Shown: positions 47,874-58,058, counted from the first letter of the stretch. The stretch: DNA of 64,000 bases from Alphaproteobacteria bacterium (GCA_965205265.1 CBDBGH010000003.1:4064001-4128000), one strand, 5' to 3'. Translations and numbers: made by a program. Notes: generated from the sequence alone by a model not told the origin.

Positions 47874-48683
47874 ATGACGCAGCAAATTCCGGGGGCGGTC
47901 AACGGGTCGGCGTTCGGCGCCGGCGGCTGGGAGATCGACATCCTCGTCACCGGCTTCCCCGGCAAATCGGTCCGTCACGGCTCGCTCGGCTGGAGCACCG
48001 TCGCGCTGATCCGGCGCGGAGAGCGGCTGGCGCTGGTGGATTGCGGCGCCTTTGGCCACCGCAAGCTGCTCATGGCGGAGCTTGCCGCGCGCGGCCTCGG
48101 GCCGTCGGACATCACCGACCTGCTGCTGACCCACACGCACTACGACCATGCGGTCAACTGGGTGCTGTTCCCGAAGGCGCGGGTGGCGGTGGGCGCGGTC
48201 GAGCTCGACTGGGCGCTCGGAGAGCCCTGGGGCGAAACGGTGGTGCCGGAGCTCTATGTGCGCGAGCTCGGCCTCTTCCCGAAGACGGAGCGGGTTGCCG
48301 ACGGCGGCGAGGTGTTCCCCGGCATCGCGGCGCATCTGGCGCCGGGGCACACGCCGGGCTGCCTGGTGTTCCGCCTCGCCGGGGCGGAGCGCGACGTCGT
48401 GTTCACGGGCGACGCCGCCAAGAACCGCGCCGAGCTCGTCTCCGGCGATGTGGACATGACCTACGACGCCGCCGTCTCGCGCGCCTCCATCGAGATGATC
48501 CACGGGCTCTGGCGCGCCAGGCCGGGCACGGTGCTGATTCCGGGCCACGACCTGCCGATGGTGCTGGGCGCGGACGGCAGGCCCGCCTATCTCGGCCGGC
48601 GCGAGGCGGCCATCGACGCCTGGTTCGGCGACGGCATGGGCGAGGTGACCCGTTTCCAACTGACCCTGGAGGGGCGCGCATGA
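47874..48683 (+). CDS. MBL-fold metallo-hydrolase
   Basis: THTHYDH, PGHTPG, TGDA, PGHD. Confidence 0.88.
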   Translation: MTQQIPGAVNGSAFGAGGWEIDILVTGFPGKSVRHGSLGWSTVALIRRGERLALVDCGAFGHRKLLMAELAARGLGPSDITDLLLTHTHYDHAVNWVLFPKARVAVGAVELDWALGEPWGETVVPELYVRELGLFPKTERVADGGEVFPGIAAHLAPGHTPGCLVFRLAGAERDVVFTGDAAKNRAELVSGDVDMTYDAAVSRASIEMIHGLWRARPGTVLIPGHDLPMVLGADGRPAYLGRREAAIDAWFGDGMGEVTRFQLTLEGRA

Positions 48684-49522
48684 CCCCGCTTCACCCCGAA
48701 TTCGGCGTGCGGCTCGAAAGCCGGCCTATCTCCGGCCTCGACATGGAGGCGGTGCGGGCCGCCATCGACCGCTATTCCTTCGTGCATGTGCCGGGCGCGG
48801 CGGAAGGGGACGAGGCGCATCTCGCCTTCACCCGCAAGCTGGGCGAGCCCGAGGCGAACCACGTCGCGCTCGGTCGCGAAGGGCGGATCGAGTATTTCGG
48901 CACCATCGGCAATGTGCTCGACGACGGCACGGTGGCGGGCAACGCCCACAAGCGCACGATCTTCCAGACCGGCAACAATATGTGGCACTCGGATTCCTCC
49001 TTCCGCGCCGTGCCGTCCTTCGTGTCGATCATGTGCGCCTACGAGACGCCGGAGGAGGGCGGGGAGACGCTGTTCGTCAGCCAGCGCGCGGCCTGGGACC
49101 GGCTGGAGGAGGACGAGCAGGAGCGGCTCCGCCCGCTGGTCTGCATCCACGACTATGTGTTCTCGCGCTCCAAGGTGGCGCCCGACGCGGTGACGCCCTC
49201 GCATGCCGCCTCGCTGCCGCCGGTGCGCCAGCGGCTGGTGCGCCGCAATCCGGGGACCGGGGCGGAAAACCTCTATGTCGGCTCGCATGCCCGCGAGATC
49301 GAGGGCTGGGCGTTCGAGGACAGCCGCGCGCTGCTGGACGGGCTGGTGGAGGAGATGACGGCGGAAGACCATGTGCTGAGCCACCGCTGGCAGCCGGGCG
49401 ACCTCGTCATCTGGGACAATCGCTGCCTGCTGCACCGGGGCGCGGGCTACGACGCCGACCGCTTCCGCCGCCGCATGCGCCAGACCCGCGTCACCGGCGC
49501 CGGCCCGACGCTGGAGGAATAG
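48680..49522 (+). CDS. TauD/TfdA family dioxygenase
   Basis: WHSDSSF, WDNRCLLHRG. Confidence 0.9.
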   Translation: MTPLHPEFGVRLESRPISGLDMEAVRAAIDRYSFVHVPGAAEGDEAHLAFTRKLGEPEANHVALGREGRIEYFGTIGNVLDDGTVAGNAHKRTIFQTGNNMWHSDSSFRAVPSFVSIMCAYETPEEGGETLFVSQRAAWDRLEEDEQERLRPLVCIHDYVFSRSKVAPDAVTPSHAASLPPVRQRLVRRNPGTGAENLYVGSHAREIEGWAFEDSRALLDGLVEEMTAEDHVLSHRWQPGDLVIWDNRCLLHRGAGYDADRFRRRMRQTRVTGAGPTLEE

Positions 49523-49603
49523 CGCCGGGCCGAATCAGCGACCGCCCGAATTCTATTCGGTTGACGCCTGTGGTAGTGTAACTACATATTTGTTGTTATG
49601 ATT
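49522..49603 (+). repeat. 82-bp target duplication, left copy
   Basis: Identical to 51520-51601. Confidence 0.92.
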
Positions 49604-51519
49604 CCTGACTTCGACGGTTGGGCTGACTTCTGACCGATCTCGCGTCTGGAGTTTTCAGTAAAGCCAATGAGTTGGCAGTTGCGGTGCGGTCAAGCTGCGT
49701 TGTAGTGCCTAGTAAATCTTTGAGACTGTCAATGCCTCCGCCACGCGCTACACTCCCCCCATGTTCGTGCGCATCAAGACCTCCCCCAACAGCCCGCGAC
49801 GCTCGGTCCAGATCGTCGAGGCCGTGCGCGACGGCGGCAAGGTCCGACAGCGCATCGTCCGCCATGTCGGCGTGGCCATGGACGAGGACGAGCTCGAGCG
49901 CCTGAGGCAGCTCGGCGAGTACGTCAAGGCGAAGCTGGAGGACGAGCGTCAGCCGGCATTGTTTGCGCCCGAGAAGATCGCTGAGCAGGCGATCCGTGTC
50001 GGCCGCCGGGGGGACGGCAAGGAGGAACTCCCGGTCGACCTCAAGCAGCTTGAAGAGGAGCAGCGCCTGATCACAGGCATCCACGAGGTCTATGGCGAGA
50101 TCTACCGGCTGCTGGGCCTCGACGCGCTGCTGCCGCGCTCGCGCTACCGGGCCTCCCATGACGCGCTGTTCCATGTGGTGATGGCGCGGGTAGCCAACCC
50201 CGACAGCAAGCGGGGCAGCGTGCGCCGGCTCGAGGAGGACTTCGGCGTGAGTCTTCCGCTCGAGAAGGTCTACCGGATGATGGATCAGCTCGACGCGACG
50301 GTGATCGAGCGACTGCGCACGCGCGTCGGCGAGGCGAGCCGGTCGCTGCTGCCGGAGCCGGTCGCGATCCTCTTCTTCGATTGCACCACGCTCTACTTCG
50401 AGACGGCCGCCGAGGACGAGCTTCGCCAGCACGGCTTCAGCAAGGACGGCAAACACAAGGACTCGCAGGTTCTGCTGGCGCTGATGGTGACGCGCGAAGG
50501 GCTGCCGATCAGCTACGAGGTCTTCCCCGGCGCCACCTACGAGGGACACAGCATGGTCCCGGTCCTGCAGGACATGCAGCGCCGCCACCAGGTGGAGCGC
50601 ACGGTATGCGTGGCCGACCGGGGCATGCTGAGCGCCGACAACCTCGACGCCATGGACGCCATCGGCGGCGAGTATGTCGTCGGCGCGCGGCTGCGCAAGC
50701 TGCCGCTCGCGCTGCTGGGGCAGGTTCTCGACCCCGGGACCTATGCCCCGCTGGAGGGCTCACAGGACCGCCGGGTCGGCGAGTGGGAGTACAAGGGCCG
50801 TCGCCTGATCGTCGTCTTCTGCCCCCAGCGCGCACGCAAGGACGCGCACGAGCGCCGCCATCAGGTGGAACGCCTGCTCGACAGGCTGGCCCGCAGCGAC
50901 AATCCCAGGGAACTGCTCTCCAATCACGGGGCGAAGCGCTTCATCGCCGTCGAGGGCGACGCACGGCTCACGGTGAACCCGGAGAAGATCGCCGAGGCCG
51001 CACGATGGGACGGGCTCACCGGCGTCATCACCAATCTGCGCGACGCGCGCGTCACCGAAGTGATGGCTCACTACCAGGGGCTCTGGCAGGTCGAGGAGAG
51101 CTTCCGGATCACCAAACACGACCTGAAGATACGTCCCATCTGGCACTGGAACCCGGACCGGATCCGCGCTCACATCGCCATCGCCTTCCTGGCCTTCGCC
51201 TGCGTTCGACACCTTGCGTACCGCGTCGCCATCCAGAAGCGGCGGATGTCCCCGGAGGTCATCCGCTCCGCCCTCGTCCACCGCCAGTGCTCCCTGCTGC
51301 GCTGTCGGCAATCGGGCAACCGCTACGTCATCCCCTCGAAGCCGACACCGGCGGCGGAGCAGATTTACGCAACCATGGGGCTGCCCCTGACGATCACCCC
51401 GTATCAACTCGCCTGACCGTCGACGAAGCACGGCTCGAAGAAATGCCGGATGTAGTGCCTAGCCGAAATGAGAACCAGGCAATATCAACTACTTATGCGA
51501 ATCAACCGTCGAAGTCAGG
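49604..51519 (+). mobile_element. IS1634-family insertion sequence (1916 bp)
   Basis: Perfect 17-bp terminal inverted repeats CCTGACTTCGACGGTTG / CAACCGTCGAAGTCAGG, single transposase, long flanking direct repeat. Confidence 0.92.
49761..51416 (+). CDS. IS1634-family DDE transposase
   Basis: FFDCTTLYFE, GFSKD, VADRGM, Y..LWQVEESFRITK..L.IRPIWH, RIRAH. Confidence 0.93.
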   Translation: MFVRIKTSPNSPRRSVQIVEAVRDGGKVRQRIVRHVGVAMDEDELERLRQLGEYVKAKLEDERQPALFAPEKIAEQAIRVGRRGDGKEELPVDLKQLEEEQRLITGIHEVYGEIYRLLGLDALLPRSRYRASHDALFHVVMARVANPDSKRGSVRRLEEDFGVSLPLEKVYRMMDQLDATVIERLRTRVGEASRSLLPEPVAILFFDCTTLYFETAAEDELRQHGFSKDGKHKDSQVLLALMVTREGLPISYEVFPGATYEGHSMVPVLQDMQRRHQVERTVCVADRGMLSADNLDAMDAIGGEYVVGARLRKLPLALLGQVLDPGTYAPLEGSQDRRVGEWEYKGRRLIVVFCPQRARKDAHERRHQVERLLDRLARSDNPRELLSNHGAKRFIAVEGDARLTVNPEKIAEAARWDGLTGVITNLRDARVTEVMAHYQGLWQVEESFRITKHDLKIRPIWHWNPDRIRAHIAIAFLAFACVRHLAYRVAIQKRRMSPEVIRSALVHRQCSLLRCRQSGNRYVIPSKPTPAAEQIYATMGLPLTITPYQLA

Positions 51520-51601
51520 GCGCCGGGCCGAATCAGCGACCGCCCGAATTCTATTCGGTTGACGCCTGTGGTAGTGTAACTACATATTTGTTGTTATGAT
51601 T
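51520..51601 (+). repeat. 82-bp target duplication, right copy; contains the probable brnTA promoter/operator
   Basis: TTGACG, GTAGT-GTA-ACTAC palindrome, TGnTATGAT. Confidence 0.9.
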
Positions 51602-51896
51602 GGTTCGATTTGTGTATTGGGAGTGGGACGAAAACAAGGATCGCGCCAACAGGCGCAAGCATGGCCTCAGCTTTGAGACGGCAAGCCTGGTGTTCCGTGA
51701 CCCGGCGGCAGTTTCATTTCCCGATCCGAATGCGGAGGAGGAGAGATGGCGTACCGTCGGCATGGTGGGAAGTGTGGTGGTGATGATCGTCCATACTGAG
51801 CCCGAATTGAAGGATGGAGTCGAAGCAGGACGAATTATCAGTGCCCGAAAGGCAACCCGGCGTGAGAGAAAAAACTATGAGGAAGAGGGTTTCTGA
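51600..51896 (+). CDS. brnT: BrnT family toxin (start TTG 51600 or GTG 51612)
   Basis: EWDENK...N..KHG.SF, EERW..VG, RIISARKATRRE. Confidence 0.92.
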   Translation: MVRFVYWEWDENKDRANRRKHGLSFETASLVFRDPAAVSFPDPNAEEERWRTVGMVGSVVVMIVHTEPELKDGVEAGRIISARKATRRERKNYEEEGF

Positions 51897-52164
51897 GAGG
51901 CTAACCGATAAGCAACAGGCTGAGATAGAAGCGCTGGCCGCTCTCTCCGACGAGGAGATCGACACGAGCGATGCGCCCGAGGCACTTGATTGGCCGGACG
52001 CCCGACGCGGGCGCTTCTACAGGCCCGTCAAGCAGCAGATTACACTGCGGCTCGACGCCGATGTCGTGGCCTGGTTCAAGGCAGCCGCTCCCGGCGGCCG
52101 GGGCTATCAGACCGAAATCAACCGTGTGCTGCGGGACCACGCCCGCAAGGCCGCGAACGGGTAA
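51877..52164 (+). CDS. brnA: BrnA family antitoxin
   Basis: IDTSDAPE, KQQITLRLDADVVAWFK....GYQTEIN.VLR; overlaps brnT. Confidence 0.92.
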   Translation: MRKRVSERLTDKQQAEIEALAALSDEEIDTSDAPEALDWPDARRGRFYRPVKQQITLRLDADVVAWFKAAAPGGRGYQTEINRVLRDHARKAANG

Positions 52165-52197
52165 CGGCCGCTTCGCCCGGTTCCGGTACCGGCTGGC

Positions 52198-52701
52198 TCA
52201 GGACGTTCCGTTCCCGTCCCGCCGGGCTCTCGCGAGCCGCTTGGCGACCTGCCGTTTCTCCCAGCGGTCGCCGAACAGGTTGACGATTTCGAACACGCCG
52301 AGGCCGTGGACGGCGAGCCCGACGCCCCAGCCGAACGCGGCCCAGAGGAACCAGAGATAGTCCGGGCCGGTGAAGAGGTTGACGACGGCCAGGCCCGTTA
52401 TGACGACGGCATACTGGATGGCGTGGATGTAGAAGGACCGGATGTCGCGGACATATTCCATGGCCTTCTGCTCGTTTTCGGAGAGGTCCGGGAGGGGGGT
52501 GTCGGTCGCGCTTGTCATGTCTTGCCCGTTCCTGAGTGCGGAGAAGTCGGTTTCCAGAACGGCGGCAAGGCATTTGAGCGTCTCGGCGCTCGCATTCGCG
52601 CCGCGCTCGATGCGCTGCAGGGTGCGCACGCTGACGCCCGCCATGGACGCCAGCTGCTCCTGGGAGAGTCCCCGTTCGATGCGCAGCTTCCGGACGATCA
52701 T
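52198..52701 (-). CDS. XRE HTH fused to a 2TM domain
   Basis: LSQEQLA..AGVSVRTLQRIE; FYIH...Y...VNL....W..W....WG.GLAVH, WEKR. Confidence 0.85.
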   Translation of the reverse strand: MIVRKLRIERGLSQEQLASMAGVSVRTLQRIERGANASAETLKCLAAVLETDFSALRNGQDMTSATDTPLPDLSENEQKAMEYVRDIRSFYIHAIQYAVVITGLAVVNLFTGPDYLWFLWAAFGWGVGLAVHGLGVFEIVNLFGDRWEKRQVAKRLARARRDGNGTS

Positions 52702-52818
52702 GGCGGCCCCTCCTGCCGTTCGTGCCAACGGCTATGGCCTGTCTGCGCGCCGATTGCCACGACAGGAACCCGACATTTCCGCGACAGGCAGGCCCGCGCG
52801 CTCGAAACCTGGAGTGGG

Positions 52819-53652
52819 CTATGCCGGCGCGGCAGCCCAGGCGACGGCTTCGTGGCCCGGCACGAAGGCGTTGTTGGTGACCGCCGGATTGCGGTTGACC
52901 AGCGGGCGCCCGTAGATCGGGTGGGTCATCGAGCGCACCTCGTGCTCGATGCGGAACACCGGCTCGGCCGTGCCGGGATCGACGATGTCGAGGAAGCGGT
53001 ATTGCCACCGGTTGCTTTCCTCCGAGACGAGACCGCGTTCGTCGAGCCAGCGGTGCGGGCCGGAAAAGTCCGCGACATAGATCGCGATATGGTGGCCGTC
53101 ATAGTCGGGCTGCGCCTCGGAGGTCTCCACGAAGCGCAGCTCCTGTCCGCGCCCGACCGAGGCATGGGCCACGCCGTCCCCGTCCACCCAGGCTGGCGTT
53201 CTCCAGACCTCGCGGTAGAAGGCAGCTGCCGCCTCGGCCGCACCCTCGGGCACGTCGAAGGCGACATAGTCCATGGCGAGCGTGCGCCCGCCGCTCGGCC
53301 CGTGCGCGCGGATGCGGTTGCCCCAGGGGCAGGCCGTGTCGATATGGTCGCCGCCGCGCTCCGAGGGCACCCCGGCGGCGTCGAGACGGGCCTCCAGCGC
53401 GTCCAGATCGGGCATGACGAGGCCGGTCCGGCCCCGAAGGCATTGCGGCTCGCCGACCGGCAGGTGGAACTGGCTCTGGCCGACATTGATCCACATATTG
53501 TTCGTGCCGGTCACCAGATAGGGGTCGCGCGTCAGCCCGAGCGCGGTGACGTAGAAGTCCGTCGCGCGCACCTGGTCCGGCACCCGGACATTGACATGCT
53601 CCAGCGCGACGATATTGCCGACATCCTCGCCGGCGCGGTCGAATTGCCCCAT
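52819..53652 (-). CDS. VOC/glyoxalase-like protein
   Basis: LEHVN, FY...LGL, QFHL, HHIAIY. Confidence 0.65.
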   Translation of the reverse strand: MGQFDRAGEDVGNIVALEHVNVRVPDQVRATDFYVTALGLTRDPYLVTGTNNMWINVGQSQFHLPVGEPQCLRGRTGLVMPDLDALEARLDAAGVPSERGGDHIDTACPWGNRIRAHGPSGGRTLAMDYVAFDVPEGAAEAAAAFYREVWRTPAWVDGDGVAHASVGRGQELRFVETSEAQPDYDGHHIAIYVADFSGPHRWLDERGLVSEESNRWQYRFLDIVDPGTAEPVFRIEHEVRSMTHPIYGRPLVNRNPAVTNNAFVPGHEAVAWAAAPA

Positions 53653-53749
53653 GGCGCGGCCTCCCTTCCCGCAGGCTGCTACAGGGCCGCCAGCCTACAC
53701 CGGCGGGACGGCCTTAGCGAGGCGCAAGGGCTGCCGTCCGCCGCTGCGC

Positions 53750-55309
53750 TCAGGCCCTTGCTGTCGGCAGGGGCGAGCGGTCCACGGCGGCGATCTCCTC
53801 CCTGAGGAGGCGTTCCATCAGCCGGGCCTTTTCCGCGGCGGCGCCCGGATCGTCCCAGAGGTTGCGGAACTCGCCGGGGTCGGCTTCGAGGTCGTAGAGT
53901 TCGCCCTGGTCCTGTCCGTCGAAGACGCTGAGGCGCCAGCGTCGGTCCACCAGCGAGTGCACCCTTGGCGGACCGCCGAGGCCGGGATGGGGCCGCTGGT
54001 GGTCGTACTGGATGAAGGCGGCGTCGCGAACGGGGCCGCCGAGCAGGCTCAGGCCCTGCATGCCGTGGAACGGCTCGACCCGCGCCCGTTCGAGGATGGT
54101 GGCCGGAATGTCGATGGTCTGCGCCATGTCTTCCCGGCGCACGCCCGAGGGGCCGTCGGGGTCCGCCCAGATCAGGGGCACGCGGGTGATCTCCCGGTAG
54201 GGCTCGGCGCCCTTGAGCAGGAGGCCGTGGTCGCCCAGATGGTCGCCATGGTCGCTGGTGAAGGCGAGCACCGTGCGCCCGGCCGCGCCGCCCCGCTCCA
54301 GCGCGGCCAGCACGCGTGCTATCGCGTCGTCGATCATTTCGATCATGCCGCAGGTAAGCGCCCTCGCCTCCAGCGCTTCGCGGAGCGTGCAGCCGATGCT
54401 GTTCATGCCCTGGAGTGCGGCCTTGCCCTGCTGCCGTTCCCGATGGAGGGCCGCAACATGCGGCGGCGGCGTCCAGTCGTTCGGCTCGAAGGCGGCGGGC
54501 ACCGGCATGTCCTCGGGGCGGTAGGCGCTCCAATAGCGTCCCGGCGGGTTGAACGGATGGTGCGGGTCGGGGAAGGAGACCATGAGGAAGAACGGCTCGC
54601 TGTCCGCCGCATCGAGCCAGGACACCGCCTGCCCGGCAATGTAGTTCGTCGAATAGAGCGCCTCCGGCAGCGCCGTGCGCACGGCCTGCGGGCAGACATA
54701 GTCATGGGCAAGCTGGTTCTCCGGACCCAGCATCCTCTCCGCAGCCGGCTCCCGCTCGGCGAGCCACCGCGCATAGTCGCCGCCGCAGGCGTCCCCGTGC
54801 CCGGTGACGAGGTCCACATGGTCGAAGCCGTAGAAGGGCAGCGCCACGCCGGATCCGGAGGACGGGGCTTCCTGCCCGTAGGCTGGCGCGCGGTAGTCGT
54901 GCCGGCTGGCCTCGGCCAGAGCGCCGCCCGCGCGGTGGAAGCCGCTCCGGTCGGGGCGCGGCCCGCCATAGGCCGGCTGCCCGGTGAAGTTCTGCAGGTG
55001 GCTCTTGCCGATGAGCGCCGTCAGATAGCCGGCATCGCGCAGGAGATCCGTGAAGGTCACCGCCTCGGTCGATAGCGGGATGCCGTTCATGCGCACGCCG
55101 TGCAGCGAAGGCATGCGCCCGGTCATCAGGCTCGCCCGGTTGGGCATGCAGACAGGGCTCGCCACATGGCAGTTGTCGAACGCGACGCCCCGGCGCGCAA
55201 GACCGTCGATCGCCGGTGTCCTCAGCACGGGATGGCCGTAGCAGCCAAGATGGTCAGCGCGCTGCTGGTCGGTCACGAACAGGATGAAATTCGGGCGTCG
55301 TCCGTTCAT
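53750..55309 (-). CDS. Sulfatase (Cys-type)
   Basis: RPNFILFVTDQQR, CMPNRASLMTG, GKSH, PHHP, TSDHG. Confidence 0.93.
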   Translation of the reverse strand: MNGRRPNFILFVTDQQRADHLGCYGHPVLRTPAIDGLARRGVAFDNCHVASPVCMPNRASLMTGRMPSLHGVRMNGIPLSTEAVTFTDLLRDAGYLTALIGKSHLQNFTGQPAYGGPRPDRSGFHRAGGALAEASRHDYRAPAYGQEAPSSGSGVALPFYGFDHVDLVTGHGDACGGDYARWLAEREPAAERMLGPENQLAHDYVCPQAVRTALPEALYSTNYIAGQAVSWLDAADSEPFFLMVSFPDPHHPFNPPGRYWSAYRPEDMPVPAAFEPNDWTPPPHVAALHRERQQGKAALQGMNSIGCTLREALEARALTCGMIEMIDDAIARVLAALERGGAAGRTVLAFTSDHGDHLGDHGLLLKGAEPYREITRVPLIWADPDGPSGVRREDMAQTIDIPATILERARVEPFHGMQGLSLLGGPVRDAAFIQYDHQRPHPGLGGPPRVHSLVDRRWRLSVFDGQDQGELYDLEADPGEFRNLWDDPGAAAEKARLMERLLREEIAAVDRSPLPTARA

Positions 55310-55352
55310 GGCTGCGCCCGTCGCGCCTTCATGGCCGGCGCCGCCCGGAGCC

Positions 55353-57053
55353 TTACCCGGATGCCGTTTGCGCCGCTTCGCGCTTCGCCGCTTCTTCGGC
55401 GACCAGCTCCTTCTTGGAGAGCTTGCCGATCATGGTCTTGGGCAGCTCGTCGCGGAACTCGATATGCTTGGGCTGCTCATGGCGGCCTAGCTTGTCGGCG
55501 AGGAATGCGCGCAGCCCGTCCGCGTCCAGCGCCTGGCCCTCGCCGAGCTTGACGAAGGCCTTGACCGCCTCGCCGGTATAATCGTCCGGCACGCCGATGA
55601 CGGTGACCTCCTCGACCGCGGGATGGCGGTAGATCGCCTCCTCGACATTGCGCGGGAAGACGTTGTAGCCGCTCACCAGAACGAGGTCTTTCTTGCGGTC
55701 GATGATGAACAGGTAGCCGTCCTCGTCGAGATGCCCGACATCGCCCGTGCGCAGCCGGCCCTCGACGATGGTCTCGGCGGTTGCGTCTTCGCGGCGCCAG
55801 TAGCCCTTCATCACCTGCGGGCCGGAGATGCAGATTTCCCCGTCCTCGCCCTGCGGCAGGACCTTGCGGGGGTCCTCCTTGTCCACGATGGTGATCGTGG
55901 TGCCGGGGACGGGCAGGCCGACCGAGCTTTCCTTGTTGACGCCCTCGAAGGGGTTGGAGGCGGCGATGGGCGCGGATTCGGTGAGCCCGTAGCCCTCGAC
56001 CAGCTTGCAGCCGGAAAGCTCCTCGAAGCGCCGCTTGATCTCGACCGGCAGCGGCGCGCCGCCCGACATGCAGGTCTTGATGGAGGTGAGGTCGAAACTC
56101 GCGAGCTTCGGGTGGTTGACGATGGCCGTGTACATCGTCGGCACGCCGGGGAAGAGCGTGGGCTTCTTCTTCGTGATGTCCTGCAGCACCGGGTCGAGCT
56201 CGAAGCGCGGCCGCATGACGATGGACCCGCCGATGGCGATGGTGAAGTTCATCACCACAGACATCGCGAACACATGGAAGAAGGGCAGCACGCCCATCAT
56301 CCGCTCCCGGCCCGGCTCCAGCGAGGGATTCCAGAGCAGCGCCTGGTGGATATTCGCGTGGAGGTTCGCATGGGTCAGCATCGCGCCCTTCGGCACGCCG
56401 GTCGTGCCGCCGGTATATTGGAATACGGCGACATCCTCGCGCGGGTCGATTGCCGCCGGCTCATATCCGCCGTCATTGTCGATGAGGCGGCTGAAGGGCA
56501 CATGGCTCCCGTCGTCCGGCGCCTTCGCGATCTCGCTGCGCTTCAGGAGCCCGAAGAGCAGGTTCTTCGGGAAGGGCAGCACCTCCTGGAGAGTGCCCAC
56601 CACCAGCTTGCGGATGCGCGTCTTCTTCAGCAGCGCCGCCATCTTGGGATAGAGCGCGGCCAGGCCGAGCGTCACCATGATGTCGGTCTCGGAATCCTCG
56701 ATCTGGTAGGCGAGTTCCTCCTCCGAATAAAGCGGGCTGTAGTTCACCACCGTGCCGCCGGCCTTGAGGACGCCGAAGAAGGAGACGACGAATTGCGGGC
56801 AGTTGGGCAGGAAGAGCCCGACCTTGACGCCCTTGTCCACGCCGAGGGCGCGGAAGCCGGCGGCGGCGCGGTCCACCATCGCCCCGAGTTCGCCGTAGCT
56901 GTATGTCCTGCCGAGGAAGTCCATCGCCTCATTGTCGGGGAAGCGGCGGAGGGACTCGTCCAGGATGGCGAAGAGCGGGCCCTCGGGAATCTCCGCGTCC
57001 CAGTTGACATGGCCGGGGTAGCCCGCGAGCCAAGGATGCCGGTCATCTGCCAT
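55353..57053 (-). CDS. Long-chain fatty acid--CoA ligase
   Basis: QYTGGTTGVPKGA, EGYGLTE, GPQVMKGYW, LRTGD. Confidence 0.93.
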   Translation of the reverse strand: MADDRHPWLAGYPGHVNWDAEIPEGPLFAILDESLRRFPDNEAMDFLGRTYSYGELGAMVDRAAAGFRALGVDKGVKVGLFLPNCPQFVVSFFGVLKAGGTVVNYSPLYSEEELAYQIEDSETDIMVTLGLAALYPKMAALLKKTRIRKLVVGTLQEVLPFPKNLLFGLLKRSEIAKAPDDGSHVPFSRLIDNDGGYEPAAIDPREDVAVFQYTGGTTGVPKGAMLTHANLHANIHQALLWNPSLEPGRERMMGVLPFFHVFAMSVVMNFTIAIGGSIVMRPRFELDPVLQDITKKKPTLFPGVPTMYTAIVNHPKLASFDLTSIKTCMSGGAPLPVEIKRRFEELSGCKLVEGYGLTESAPIAASNPFEGVNKESSVGLPVPGTTITIVDKEDPRKVLPQGEDGEICISGPQVMKGYWRREDATAETIVEGRLRTGDVGHLDEDGYLFIIDRKKDLVLVSGYNVFPRNVEEAIYRHPAVEEVTVIGVPDDYTGEAVKAFVKLGEGQALDADGLRAFLADKLGRHEQPKHIEFRDELPKTMIGKLSKKELVAEEAAKREAAQTASG

Positions 57054-57135
57054 TTTTCTCTCCCCGGCGGCTCATGGAAAACACGGGCGCGATGTTAGCC
57101 CGGATGCCGTCCGCTTGTCATGCCGGGGGCCGCGA

Positions 57136-57969
57136 TCACCGCCGCATGTAGCCGGCGATCTCCGGGGAAGACATCACGCTGTCGACATAGGAGAAGGTGC
57201 CCTTCTCCGTCACCTCGGCAACCGCCGCGGCGACGCCGCTCATCGCCGCCCGGTACAAGGATGTCGCGAGGCTGATGCGCCTGACGCCCGCCGCTGCGAG
57301 ATCGGCTGCGGGGAAGGACCGGCCCGCCACGCCCACCATGAAATTGACCGGCTTCGACACGGCGCGGCACACCGCCTCGACCGCCGCGATGTCCGGCAGC
57401 GCCGGCGCCATCAGCACATCGGCCCCGGCGGCCTCATAGGCCTGCAGTCGGGCTATGACCTCGTCGAGGTCGGGAAGGCCGCGGATGAAGCATTCGCTCC
57501 GCGCCGTCAGCGTGAAGCGAAAGCCGGCCGACCGGGCGGCCCCGGCCGCCGCAGCGATGCGTTCCGCGGCCAGATCGCGGTCATAGAAGGGGTTGTCCAT
57601 GTCGCCGGTGAAGTCCTCGATCGTGCAGCCGACCAGCCCGGCTTCGGCCGCCAGCGCCACGGTCTTCGCCGCCTTCTCCGGTTCGTGGCCGAACCCGTTC
57701 TCCAGATCGGCCGAAACCGGCAGGTCCACCGCGTCCACGACGGCGCGCGCATGGTCCAGCGCCTCCTCGCGCGTCACCTCGCCGTCGCACCGGCCGAGCG
57801 TGCCGGCAAAGCCGCCGCTCGTCGTTCCCAGCGCCTCGAATCCCAGGCCGGCCAGAATGCGGGCGGAGCCGGCATCGAACGCGTTTGCAAGGATGAAGGG
57901 CGCCGCGCCCCGATGCAGGGCGTGGAAGCGCTCGGCCTTTTCGGCCTGGGTGGGCGGGGCGTCGGGCAT
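57136..57969 (-). CDS. Isocitrate lyase / PEP mutase family protein
   Basis: NAFDAGSA, PVSADLENGF, GCTIED, AYEAAGADV. Confidence 0.88.
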   Translation of the reverse strand: MPDAPPTQAEKAERFHALHRGAAPFILANAFDAGSARILAGLGFEALGTTSGGFAGTLGRCDGEVTREEALDHARAVVDAVDLPVSADLENGFGHEPEKAAKTVALAAEAGLVGCTIEDFTGDMDNPFYDRDLAAERIAAAAGAARSAGFRFTLTARSECFIRGLPDLDEVIARLQAYEAAGADVLMAPALPDIAAVEAVCRAVSKPVNFMVGVAGRSFPAADLAAAGVRRISLATSLYRAAMSGVAAAVAEVTEKGTFSYVDSVMSSPEIAGYMRR

Positions 57970-58058
57970 GGATGCGGCACTCCCGGCAGAAAACCAGCCC
58001 GGGCGATGCTGAGGGCACGCTACCCCGCTGTCAACGGACCGCGCGCCGGGGCGCCGCT

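Noticed and set aside
53750-55309. Sulfatase as the substrate of the FGE-fold protein at 11 kb
   Set aside because: About 42 kb apart; the sulfatase lacks a signal peptide while the FGE-fold protein appears exported.
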